Shown piece after piece: positions 51,875-64,000 of a DNA stretch of 64,000 bases. The stretch comes from Leucoraja ocellata (taxonomy: Eukaryota). Positions within the stretch are counted from its first letter, which is position 1, and each line of letters opens with the position of its first letter. A program made the position numbers and the translations under genes. The notes under the pieces were generated by a model. The model had not been told where the DNA came from. It did no database searches and worked only from the letters and a program-made list of their open reading frames with translations. The stretch covers positions 2,232,001-2,296,000 of the forward strand of contig JAWMAR010000133.1 of NCBI GenBank assembly GCA_036785375.1, in the 5' to 3' direction.

Positions 51875-51880
51875 TTTATT
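51875..51880 (-). terminator. Candidate HCK polyadenylation signal
   Basis: AATAAA on minus strand about 1 kb past the stop; alternatives exist near 52070, 51135 and 50245. Confidence 0.3.
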
Positions 51881-52186
51881 GAAAATATTTACGATCATCG
51901 TGAAGGCTTGTTATTTTCAGTGATTTAAAAAATAAAAACCTTCTACACTCTACAGACTTTGGAATACATGTTTCAAAACATCATCCACACAGATTAAGTT
52001 ATTTCCTGAATCACTATGCGAATAAAACAGCTGTTTATGTAAAGAAATGCATTATGTTAAAGAGTGTTTTATTGTCATGTGTCCCAGATAGAACAATGAA
52101 ATTGTAAGGTCCTTGTGTGGTTTGGAAGTAATTAAATTATTTTTCTATATTATGAAACAACCCAATGGATGTTGTCGTGTAAGTCA

Positions 52187-52518
52187 AGGGCCTGTCCCAC
52201 TTAGGCGATTTTTTCGGAGACTGCCGGCACCCGTCATAGTCGCAGCAGGTTGCTGAAAATGTCCAACATGTTGAAAATCCAGCAGCGATCAGAAAAAGGT
52301 ACGTATCTTTGGGAGACGACTCACGACCATACAGGCGTCACGTGTCGACATGTCGCGGGGGTGAAGCCTGTACGGTCGTGAGTAGTCGCCCAGAGAGTCG
52401 TACCTTTTTCTGGTCGCCGTTGAATATTCAACATGTCGAAAACCATCGGCCACCTGCTGCCACCATGACGGGTGCTGGCAAGTCGCCGAAAGAAAATCGT
52501 GTAAGTGGGACTGGCCAT
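52187..52518. mobile_element. PIF/Harbinger-type MITE
   Basis: AGGGCCTGTCCCACTTA TIR; same family as 2760-3060. Confidence 0.75.
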
Positions 52519-52899
52519 TGACTACACTATCCAAGAGTGTCATATAGGTGTACGGCCTTCAATATAAAAATAGGGCACGCTAAAATATAAACGGTGATGT
52601 GAATGAAACTACAGTACCAATATTATTTGGAGCATTTCAGCAAATATAAACCTTCTTGTTCAGCCATCAACGAACAAATGATTTGTTTGACGTTTCCGTA
52701 GAACATTTGCTAATACATATTTTAAAAAAGTTATTGAAAATATTTGACGTGGAAAATACATTGCTTACAGTCGATAATGTTAGAAACCATTCTCACTTCG
52801 GACATGGTGCAAAAAATGCAAGTGCAGACCTCAATAAAGTCAAAACTAAAATGGATGGCTTGGGAGACCCATTCTCTGTCCATACTTGGCACTTGGTAA

Positions 52900-53142
<243 letters not shown>

Positions 53143-53249
53143 TCAATGCATCCTTCAAAACCTCTGGCCATTTGTACAAGCCGTTGGCGAGCCCTTGATG
53201 GACCGTACACAGTTCTGGGCGTCCAGTTACAGGAAGGATTCATAAGCTC

Positions 53250-53781
53250 ATAAATCCCCCTCCCTCTCCGTCCCCCCCTTCCCTCCCTCTCTGCCCCCCC
53301 CCTCTGTCCCCCCCTCTCTGCCCCCCCTCCCTCCCTCTCTGCCCCCCCCCTCTCTGCCCCCTTCCCTCCCTCTCTGCCCCCCCCCTCTGTCCCCCCCTCC
53401 CTCTCTGCCCCCCCCTCCCTCCCTCTCTGCCCCCCCCCCCTCCCTCTCTGCCCCCCCCTCTCTGTCCCCCCCCTCCCTCTCTGCCCCCCCCTCTCTGCCC
53501 CCCTCCCTCCCTCTCTGCCCCCTTCCCTCCCTCTCTGCCCCCCCCCTCCCTCTCTGCCCCCCCCTCCCTCCCTCTCTACCCCCCTTCCCTCCCTCTCTTC
53601 CCCCTTCCATCCCTCTCTGCCCCCCTCCCTCTCTAGGGACTGAGGAAAGATGTTGAAGAAGAGGAGGAGGAGGTGCTGGGGGATGAGGAGAAATGAGCCG
53701 TGCATGCGCAGTTGGGGGCTATGGTGAGTGGTGGAATATTGCGTAGGGGGAACAGACCCAACGGGTCTGCACTTGGTCTAG
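53250..53781 (+). mobile_element. Helitron 3'-end fragment with C-rich minisatellite
   Basis: CAGACCC-AAC-GGGTCTG hairpin, CTAG|T; (CCCTCCCTCTCTGCCCC)n upstream. Confidence 0.6.
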
Positions 53782-54707
53782 TAAATTATAAAAGCATAAA
53801 TAGGCCATTCGGCCCATCCAGTCTGTTCCGCCATTCAATCATGGCTGATCTATCTTCCCCTCTCAATCCAATTCTTCGGCCCACCGAGTCCGCGCCGACC
53901 AGCGATCCCCGTACACTAACACAACCCTACACACACCAGGGAGGAAGCCAGAGATCCAGGAGAAAACCCACACAGGTCACGGGGAGAACGTGCAAACTCC
54001 ATACAGACAGCAACCCCGCAGTTAGGGTCAAACCCGGGTCTCTGGCGATGTAAGGCAGCAACACTACCGCTGCGCCACTGTTCCACACTTGTTGGTTAGA
54101 CTGCACTTGGATAACTCTCTTGCCCAGAAAATCAAAGGACATAGGTTTGAGCTGGGGGGGGGGGAAGATTTAATAGGAACCTTTTTATTTTACACAAAGG
54201 GTGGTGGGTGTATGGAATGAGCTGCTGGAGGAGGTAGTTGAGGCTGGTAGTAAATGTTTAAGAAACATTTAGACAGGTACATGGATAGGACAGGTTCAGA
54301 GGGATACGGCCCAAATGCTGGCGTGGGACTAGCCCAGTATGCCAACCCGGCCAGCATGGACAAGGTGGGCTGAAGGGCCTGTTTCTGTTCTGCACAGATC
54401 TATGACTCCTTTTTTCCTTAATCCATTTATCACTGACGTACACATTTAAAAGAATAAAGGATTTTTCTGTAAACTTTACTAAATAATTTCTTGCATGTAT
54501 GTCCCTAGTAGGGATATTGAGTAAAGAAAAAACACAGACATCAGTAGAAACAAGGAACTGCAGATGCTGGTTTACGAAGAAAGACACAAAGTGCTGGAGC
54601 AAGTCAGTGGGTCAGGCAGCATCTCTGGATGTTTCTGGTCTGAAGAAGGGTTCCGATCCGAAACTGCACCTATCCATTGTCTCTATAGATGCTGCCTGAC
54701 TCACTGA

Positions 54708-54831
54708 TGGGCATGTCCCACTTAGGCGAGTGCCAGGGACTAGTTTTAATGGAATTCACCGACGACACCAGGCGACAACAAAATTTGTTGCTGAAAATGT
54801 CCCAAAATGTTGCCTAAGTGGGACAGGGCCA
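54708..54831. mobile_element. Short Harbinger-type MITE
   Basis: TGA TSD within CACTGA|GTTACTCC. Confidence 0.75.
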
Positions 54832-55020
54832 TGAGTTACTCCAGCATTCTGCCTTCTTTTGTTTTACAGACAGCAGTCATAGGTTCCATGTCAATCATCA
54901 GATGCAAGAAAGACAAGATGCTGGCGTAACTCAGCAGGTCAGACAACATCAGTGGAGGCAATGGGGGGGAGGGGAGGGGGGGGGGGGGGGGCAATGCTTT
55001 GGGCTCAGGGCCGCTCCTCA

Positions 55021-55248
55021 AGGGCCTGTCCCACTTGCTGATTTTGTCGGCGACTGACGTATCAGGGTCGCCGAAAGATTTTAAACATTTCAAAAATCCA
55101 GCAGCGACAAAAAAAAAAAAAGTTGCGGCACTCGAGGAGACACCGTGCGCCAATACGTCGTAACGCCGCGACTTTTGCAGTGGCCTGATACGTCAGTCAA
55201 TGATGGTGGCAGTCGCCGAAAAAAACGTAGCCAAGTGGGACAGGTCCT
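55021..55248. mobile_element. Harbinger-type MITE
   Basis: TCA TSD, AGGGCCTGTCCCACTTG TIRs. Confidence 0.8.
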
Positions 55249-55355
55249 TCACTCTTTGTGGTGGACGTTCTCTGTCCGTGCGTTGATTAGTGGTGCGAGC
55301 GTGAAGTGTGTAGGATTCATGCAGCGGAACAGAAACGCTTCATCGCTGATCACTA

Positions 55356-56027
<672 letters not shown>

Positions 56028-56177
56028 ATGAATCATGACCATGAATTAGAAATGATTCTAATCATGAATGAGATCCTTGCAGAAACAGATGCGGCAGATG
56101 CTGATTTATACCAATGTCAGACACAGAGTGTTGGAGTAACTCAGAGGGTCAGGCAGCATCTCAGGATCAAAAGGATG

Positions 56178-56210
56178 GGTGACGTTTCGGGTGGGGACCC
56201 TTCTTCAGAC
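56178..56210 (-). ncRNA. Minimal hammerhead motif on the HCK sense strand
   Basis: GU-CUGAAGA-A-GGGU(CCCC)ACCC-GAAACGUC-AC. Confidence 0.6.
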
Positions 56211-56245
56211 TGCTATAATGTGGCCATGAACCGAGTGGGGCTAGG

Positions 56246-56882
56246 ACATAGAAACATAGAAAATAGGTGCAGGAGTAGGCCATTCGGCCCTTCGAGCCTG
56301 CACCGCCATTCAATATGATCATGGCTGATCATCCAACTCAGTATCCTGTACCTGCCTTCTCTCCATACCCCCTGATATCTTTAGCCACAAGGGCCACATC
56401 TAACTCCCTCTTAAATATAGTCAATGAACTGTGGCCTCAACTACCTTCTGTGGCAGAGAGTTCCAGAGATTCACCACTCTCTGTGTGAAAAATGTATTCC
56501 TCATCTCGGTCCTAAAAGATTTCCCCCTTATCCTTAAACTGTGACCCCTTGTTCTGGACTTCCCCAACATCGGGAACAATCTTCCTGCATCTAGCCTGTC
56601 CAAACCCTTAAGAATTTTGTAAGTTTCTATAAGATCCCCCCTCAATCTTCTAAATTCTAGCGAGTACAAGCCGAGTCTATCCAGTCTTTCTTCATATGAA
56701 AGTCCTGACATCCCAGGAATCAGTCTGGTGAACCTTCTCTGTACTCCCTCTATGGCAAGAATGTCCTTCCTCAGATTAGGAGACCAAAACTGTACGCAAT
56801 ACTCCAGGTGTGGTCTCACCAGGACCCTGTACAACTGCAGTAGAACCTCCCTGCTCCTATACTCAAATCCTTTTGCTATGAA
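56246..56882 (-). mobile_element. CR1 LINE 3' fragment
   Basis: AKGFEYRSREVLLQLYRVLVRPHLEYC..WNSLP, open frame. Confidence 0.9.
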
Positions 56883-58356
56883 AGGAGCAGCCAGAGGCAA
56901 TGGATCTGCCAGGACAGTTCTGTTTTTGTGGATTTTCAGGAGGGTAAAAGTGGGAGATAGAAGTGGGTCTGAGGAATAATGAGGTCGGAGGCTCTGGAGA
57001 GATGAAGATTGGTCAAAAAGTCATAAGGAATAGGGGTAGAATTAGGCCATTCGGCCCATCAAGTCTACTCCACCATTCAATCATGGCCGATCTATCTCTC
57101 CCTCCTAACCCCATTCTCCTGCCTTCTCCCCAGAACCCCTGACACCCGTACTAATCGACAGTCTATCCTTCTCTTCCTTAGAAATATCCACTGACTTGTG
57201 GCCTCCACAGCCTTCTGTGGCAAAGAATTCCACAGATTCACCACCCTCTGACTGAAGAAATTTCTCCTCATCCCCTTCCTAAAGGAACATCCTTTAATTC
57301 TGAGGCTGTGACCTCTAGTCCTAGACTCTCCCACCCGACCCGAAACATCACCCAATTAAATGCGGTTTAAAGGAAAGGAGACAAGATGTCAGTCAGACAA
57401 ATCGTGGGGGGGTCAAATATGGAATTATTAGCCGAGCAGACGAACAGAGAAACATTATTAAGTATTTCATACAATTCATCAATAGTACATGCCCTCACTT
57501 GAAGAATAAATCAGCTGTGATCAATAAATTGATCAGGATAAAATAAAAGTGTAGGAAGGAAGTGCAGATGCTCTTTTAAACCAACGATAAACACAAAACG
57601 CTGGAGTAACTCAGCGAGACTGGCAGCATCTCTGGAGAGCAGGAATCAGTGACGTTTTGGGTCGGGACCCTTCTGAAGAAGGATCTCGACCCGAAATGTC
57701 ACCTGATTTTGGACGATCAGCCATGATCATATTGAATGGCGGTACTGGCTCGAAGGGCCGAATGGTGATTTTATTCGGGTCGGGATCCTTCTTCAGAAGC
57801 GTCATGACCCGAAATGTCACCCATTCCTCCTCTCCAGAGATGCTGCCTGTCCCGCTGAGTTACTCCAGCTTTTTAGAAACATAGAAACATGGAAAATAGG
57901 TGCAGGAGTAAGCTTCTAGTCGGCTGTTTTATCCGGCCATTAATGCCAAGAGCCTCTGGATTTTACATAGAAACATAGAATAGGTGCAGGAGTTGGCCAT
58001 TCGGCCCTTCGAGCCAGCACCGCCATTCAATATGATCATGGCTGATCATCCAGAATCAGTACCCCGTTCCTGCTTTTTCCCCACATCCCTTGATTCCGTT
58101 AGCCCCAAGAGCTAAATCTAACTCTCTCTTGAAAACATCCAGCGAATTGGCCTCCACTGCCTTCTGTGGCAGAGAATTCCACAGATTCTGCGTCTTAGAT
58201 TCTGTGTCTATCGAAAGGAAAATGATTGTATGATTCGCAAAGGCAAATGTCTAAAGGCAAAATGCCCAGGGGGCTATGAAGAGTGACAGAGGATGGTTAG
58301 AATGTAGTACGAGATGCTAAAAGGAAAATATTGATGAATGTATACAGCAGCCCCTA

Positions 58357-58659
<303 letters not shown>

Positions 58660-59037
58660 CTATCCCAGTGCAGTTATTTTTTCCAATCATTAATTAACAA
58701 CATGAATGCAAAAACATTGTATGTGTCTGCTAAACTAAACTGTTGATGATATAGTCGCTGAGTTGCCTCAGGTATGATTACTGGATGTATATTTATTCCT
58801 AACTTCAATCCCAAAAGTCACAAAGATAACTGTGTTCCTCCAATTCTGGCCTATTGCACATCCTAGACTGTAACTGGACAGTGATGACTTCAATTGCTTC
58901 ACCCCCACCCCCCACCCCCCCAACTCACTCTACTTTCAGAATGACGAAGGGTCCCAACCCGAAACGTCACCCATCCTTTTTCTCCAGAGATGCTGCCTGA
59001 CCCGCTGAGTTACTCCAGTACTTTGTGTCTATTTCTG

Positions 59038-59862
59038 CAATAGACAACAGACAATAGGTGCAGGAGTAGGTCATTCGGCCCTTTGAACCAGCACTGCCAT
59101 TCAAAGTGATCATGGCTGATCATCCCCAATCAGTACCCCGTTCCTGCCTACTCCCCACATCCCCTGACTCCGCTATCTTTAAGAGCTCTATCTAGCTCTC
59201 TCTTGAAAGCATCCAGAGAACTGGCCTCCACCGCCCTCTGAGGCAGAGAATTCCACAGACACACAAACACTGAAAAAGTGTTTCCTCGTCTCCGTTCTAA
59301 ATGGCTTACCCCTTATTCTTAAACTGTGGCCCCTGGTTCTGGACTCCCTCAACATCGGGAACATGTTTCCTGCCTCTAGCGTGTCCAAACCCTTAATAAT
59401 CTTATATGTTTCAATAAGAACGCCTCTCATCCTTCTAAACCCCAGAGTGTACAAGCCCAGCAGCTCCATTCTCTCAGCATATGACAGTCCTGCCATCCCG
59501 GGAATTAACCTTGTAAACCTACGCTGCACTCCCTCAATAGCAAGAATGTCCTTCCTCAAATTAGGGGACCAAAACTGCACACAATACTCCAGGTGTGGTC
59601 TCACTTAAGAATTAGGGGTCGGCCATTTAGAACGGAGATAAGGAGAGTTGTGAGTCTGTGGGATTCTCTGCTTCAGAAGGCAATGAAGGCCAATTCTCTG
59701 GATGCCTTCAAGAGAGAGTTAGATAGACCTCTTAAAAATAATGGAGTCAGGGAATATGTGGAGAAGGCAGGAACGGGGTACTGATTGTGGATGATCAGCC
59801 ATGATCACATTGAATGGCTCGAAGGGCCGAATGGCCTCCTCCTGCACCTGCTGTGTATTGTC
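59038..59862. mobile_element. Two CR1 3' fragments joined head-to-head at about 59604
   Basis: Minus copy 59038-59604, plus copy 59605-59862, both with tails. Confidence 0.8.
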
Positions 59863-60805
59863 TAACACCATTCTCTTTCTCTTACTCAGTTTTCAATTGC
59901 TCATTAATTTCCCCGTTTACCCTCTCTCCTCTTTCCAACTTTCTCTCTCTCCTTCTGCGGCTAACTCTTTTATTTTCCCTTCATCCTTTCCACAATTTCC
60001 ATTTCCTGGCCTCCAGTCATCGGCTTCACTTCACTTCCTATAGAACGTCGGTGTTTCAATCTTTAAAATGAGAGCCCGCCTCTCTCATTCGCCTTCACTC
60101 TGTGCAGATCTCCCCGGGTCCCACCCAGTGAAACCATCAATAAAGCCGCTAGAGTTACGATGGGATCATAGTGCGACGTGCAACAAATTAAAAATCCTTT
60201 CCTCATATTTCTCTTTCAGCGAGAGCAGACACACAAGGGTTTGGAATGAGGAAGTAGCTTGTATTTTTTCAAACACTGTGTACTTTGCTTATCATTCTTC
60301 TTCTTATCGAGCCCACAAACAAGATTAGGAGATTGATACAAACAGGGCCGCGACGTGAACGCTCTTTCCTTGACCTACCCCCACCCCCCACCCCCCCCCC
60401 CGCTTATCATTAACAGCGGCCAGTTTAATCTACTGGAGGACATCCTGTGAAGAGCCATTTTTACAAAAAGTACTTTCGAAGGCATGTGAGGACTCAAGAG
60501 TGTTTAATGTTTAAAGGGCCCTGCCCCACATTCACGACCTAATTCACGATCATTTTTACTCGGGGACATTTTTCAACAAGCTAGATAAAACGCTGCGATC
60601 TTCGTGACGCCACGAGTACCTCAGACTAGCATCACGACCTACCTACGACCTCGTGCTGCGAGTACGAGTCAAGGGCAAACTCGGTACCAGAAGGTACAGG
60701 AGCCTGAAATCTACAACGTCTAGGTTCAGGAATAGCTACTTCCCCACAGCCATTCGACTATTAAACTCAACTCAAACAAAAATCTGAACTTTAATTGCCT
60801 ATTGC

Positions 60806-60934
60806 NNNNNNNNNNNNNNNNNNNNNNNNNNNNNNNNNNNNNNNNNNNNNNNNNNNNNNNNNNNNNNNNNNNNNNNNNNNNNNNNNNNNNNNNNNNNNNN
60901 NNNNNNNNNNNNNNNNNNNNNNNNNNNNNNNNNN
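60806..60934. other. Assembly gap
   Basis: N run. Confidence 1.
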
Positions 60935-61576
60935 ACACTGATCTGTTCTGTATTTATGCCTACAATATTCTGTTTTGCTGAAGCAAAGCAAGAATTTCAT
61001 TGTCTCATCTGAGACACACGACAAACTCTCTTCAACTCTTGAACTTGAACTTGAGATCAGCCATGACCACATTGAATGGCAGTGCAGACTCGAAGGGCCG
61101 AATGGCCTACTCCTGCACCTATTTTCTATGTTTCTATGTTTCTATGAGATGCTCAAACTCCTCAGAGCACAGTTTGTAGATTGAAGGGTAGTTGGTGTTT
61201 ACAGTGCCCAACCAATAGCTGTATACATGGATATTCCATTTAATGTTTTTTTCACGGAACAGGCTTAATTTGAACAAATTGAGAGTTTTTAATAGAGAAC
61301 GCAAGTATCGCCGCACAGCTCGGAATGACTCAGAGTTGAAAACAAAACTGAAATGTTACAAATGGTTCACATGATGCTTACTATCTGATTAGCTTTTCCT
61401 GTTTGTATATTTCTTCCCCCAACATGAAAAAAAATCGAATGTAGAAAAGTAAAACACAAATCCTTCGGCCCAAAATGTTCCTGCCGAACGCCAAACTAAT
61501 CTCCCCTGAGAATGTGGGATAACATAGAACGGGTGCAAACTGGTCACTAGTGGGAGAGTCACTAGTGGTCACTAGT

Positions 61577-61886
61577 GGGAGAGTCTAGGACTGGAGGTCA
61601 CAGCTCAGAATCAAAGGACGTTCCTTGAGGAAGGAGATGAGGAGGAATTTCTTTAGTCAGTGGGTGGTGAATCTGTGGAATTCTTTGCCACAGAGGGCTG
61701 TGCAGGCCAAGTCAGTGGATATTTTTAAGGCAGAGATAGATAGATAGATTCTTGATTAGTACGGGTGTCAGAGGTTATGGTGAGAAGTCAGGAGAATGGG
61801 GTTAGGAGGGAGAGAGAGAGAGAGATAGATCAGCCATGATTGAATGGCGGAGTAGACTTGATGGGCCAAATGGCCTAATTCTGCTC
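61577..61886 (+). mobile_element. CR1 LINE 3' end (second subfamily; also 57025-57332 minus)
   Basis: GESRTGGHS..NFFSQWVVNLWNSLP and GGCCAAATGGCCTAATTCTGCTCC tail. Confidence 0.75.
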
Positions 61887-62813
61887 CGAGTGGTCACCAG
61901 AAACATGCAAATCACTGGGGTTGTTGCTGTGGTAACAAGGGGAAAGAAAAACATCCAGAGCAAAAAAAAACGTATTTATAGATTTCCTTGTACTGCTTAA
62001 GATGCATTTTTGAATGTCTTTCTGCGCTAGCATTTTCGTATAGTTAGAACTAAGCACTTCGCTGCTTCCCTTTTCACTTTTCTTAAAAATAGCATATTTG
62101 AAAATAACTACATTTGGTTAATTGTAACTACATACTGTCAATTCAACTCAATCTTACAGTAGGTTCCCTGTTTCCACCCAAGCAACACTAGTAATGCGGT
62201 ACATGCTGAACGCCTCCAACACTGCAGCTCCCTGCAACACACAACGCAAGATCTTTAAAACCCACTAAAGAATCTAAAAGGCTTTTATCAAACGGATCCT
62301 GCGAGAGTGACCATGAGAGATGAATATTGCTTCAAAATATGCAAACCGAAGCATGGACAATATCAACGGCAATTATATAATCTTGCACTAAACGTTACTC
62401 CCTGTATCTGTACAGTGTGCAACGGCTCGATTGCTAACTGGATAACACGCAACATAAAAGCTTTTCACTGTACCTCAGTACATGTGACAAGAACCCAAAC
62501 TACAACGAAACCAAAACAAAACCTAAAATATGCAAGCAGCATTTAGTTACATATTTATTTCCTTTTAACTTTGTATAGGAAAGGTTTCGAGGGAAATGGG
62601 CCCAATGCAGGCAAGTTGGACTAGCGTAGATGGGGTAGGTTGGTCGGCATGGGCAAGTTGGGCTGAAGGCTCCGTTTCTGTGATGTATCTTTGACAGTAA
62701 TATTTTTTAAAGAGGTATTCACTTACTCTCGGTCTATACCTCCCAAGTTATCTCTGAAAAATCATAAACGAGCCTTACTAGGCTGGTGGTTAAGATGGAG
62801 AAACTCAGCGGGT

Positions 62814-63035
62814 GGAGAAGGGGGGGAGACAAGGGGGGGGGGAGAAGGGGGGGGGGAGACAAGGGGGGGAGACAAGGGGGGGAGACAAGGGGGGGGAGAA
62901 GGGGGGGAGAGAAGGCGGGGGGAGAAGGGGGGGAGAAGGGGGGGGGGAGAAGGGGGGGGGAGAAGGGGGGGGGGAGAAGGGGGGGGGGAGAAAGGGGGGG
63001 GAGAAAGGGGGGGGAGAAAGGGGGGGGGGGGAAAG
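62814..63035 (+). repeat. G-rich minisatellite (GGGGGGGAGAA/GACAA)n
   Basis: Directly visible; G-quadruplex potential. Confidence 0.9.
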
Positions 63036-64000
63036 AAGGAGTGGAGACACTTTTAAGAAATATAATAATGTTTAGGGACATTTTACCTACGTTTTTCCTT
63101 GATCCTGAAAACTCCAATGAGCCAATTAAAATGCCCGGTCAGCGAAGGAGATGGCCAATGGCTGCCCTCTACTGCCTGTAACTAAATAGCGACCCCACTC
63201 CACTGCACCACGAGTTAAAAAGACCCATGCCGACCAAATTTTATTCGCGGGAACATTTCTCTACATGCTAAAATACTTTCCGCGACCTAGTTGAGGCCAT
63301 GAGTATGCGGGAACTTTCCCTCGAACATGAAGGAGAGTTCCAGTGACCTCATAGGACCACGTGTCGACCATGCTGTGAGTTTGAGTCCAGGGCAAACTCG
63401 CAGATTAGGTCTCCGCAGTGACAGTGAAGATCTGGCTAGCAGGAGCATTAAGGGGCCGCTGCATTGTACCTGCACCTCACTGCACGAGGCCACGTGAAAA
63501 CAAACTCGATTTGACTTGTGGTGAAAGATATTTGGACTTTAGGAGAAGCAGAGGTGATGGGGAACAGCTGGAGAAACGGAACTGAAACCCAGATGTGATC
63601 GATCCTAATTTATGACTGAACTATGGACAAAGACCTGGAGCCATCGCACCACTTCCTGCTTCTGTCCCTTACTATTCTAACACTTGCAAGTTTGGTTCAA
63701 TTGGGATTAAAAAATCTCCGCAACAAAGATTTGGATTGATACATCATCAGGTTTACCAGGGGAGGTAAATGTCACCCAGAGGCATAATGATTGTCGCAAC
63801 TCACCACTATAACTGCAGTAGAGTTTACAGCAAGGCATATAGGAGTGGCAATGGAGCAATCCAGCATATGGAGCGATTAAAAAAAAAAAAAAAAAAAAAT
63901 TCTGATTGCTATAAAATTCAAGAACAGCCATATGGTGCTGGGTTATAGACAGGATCACTGTCGGTTGGGAAGTCATTCTCTGCACCCACTGAGACCATTA

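Overview
Vertebrate nuclear DNA, not prokaryotic. The repeat complement (HE1-like V-SINEs, HER1/CR1 LINEs, Penelope-derived palindromes) points to a cartilaginous fish, probably a skate or ray (inference). Two spliced genes lie on the minus strand in the same order as in human: the last three coding exons of the Src-family kinase HCK (58602->52900) and exons 1-12 of TM9SF4 (41066->3518, continuing off the window), with a CpG-island promoter at about 40850-41350. Introns are dense with CR1, Rex1/Babar, L2, Vingi-like, Penelope, Tc1, PIF/Harbinger MITE, Helitron and V-SINE fragments, and most ORFs in the supplied track are repeat-derived. Three things stand out. (1) TM9SF4 intron 1 holds an old inverted duplication of the gene's own exon 7-8 region, with a near-identical core but diverged flanks. 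(2) Minimal hammerhead-ribozyme motifs sit at Penelope 3' ends. (3) A TSD-flanked foldback family derived from those ends has variable 33-nt internal arrays; one copy carries captured cargo and one an inverted copy of its own flank. There are two N gaps. All alignments were done by eye, so percent identities are approximate.
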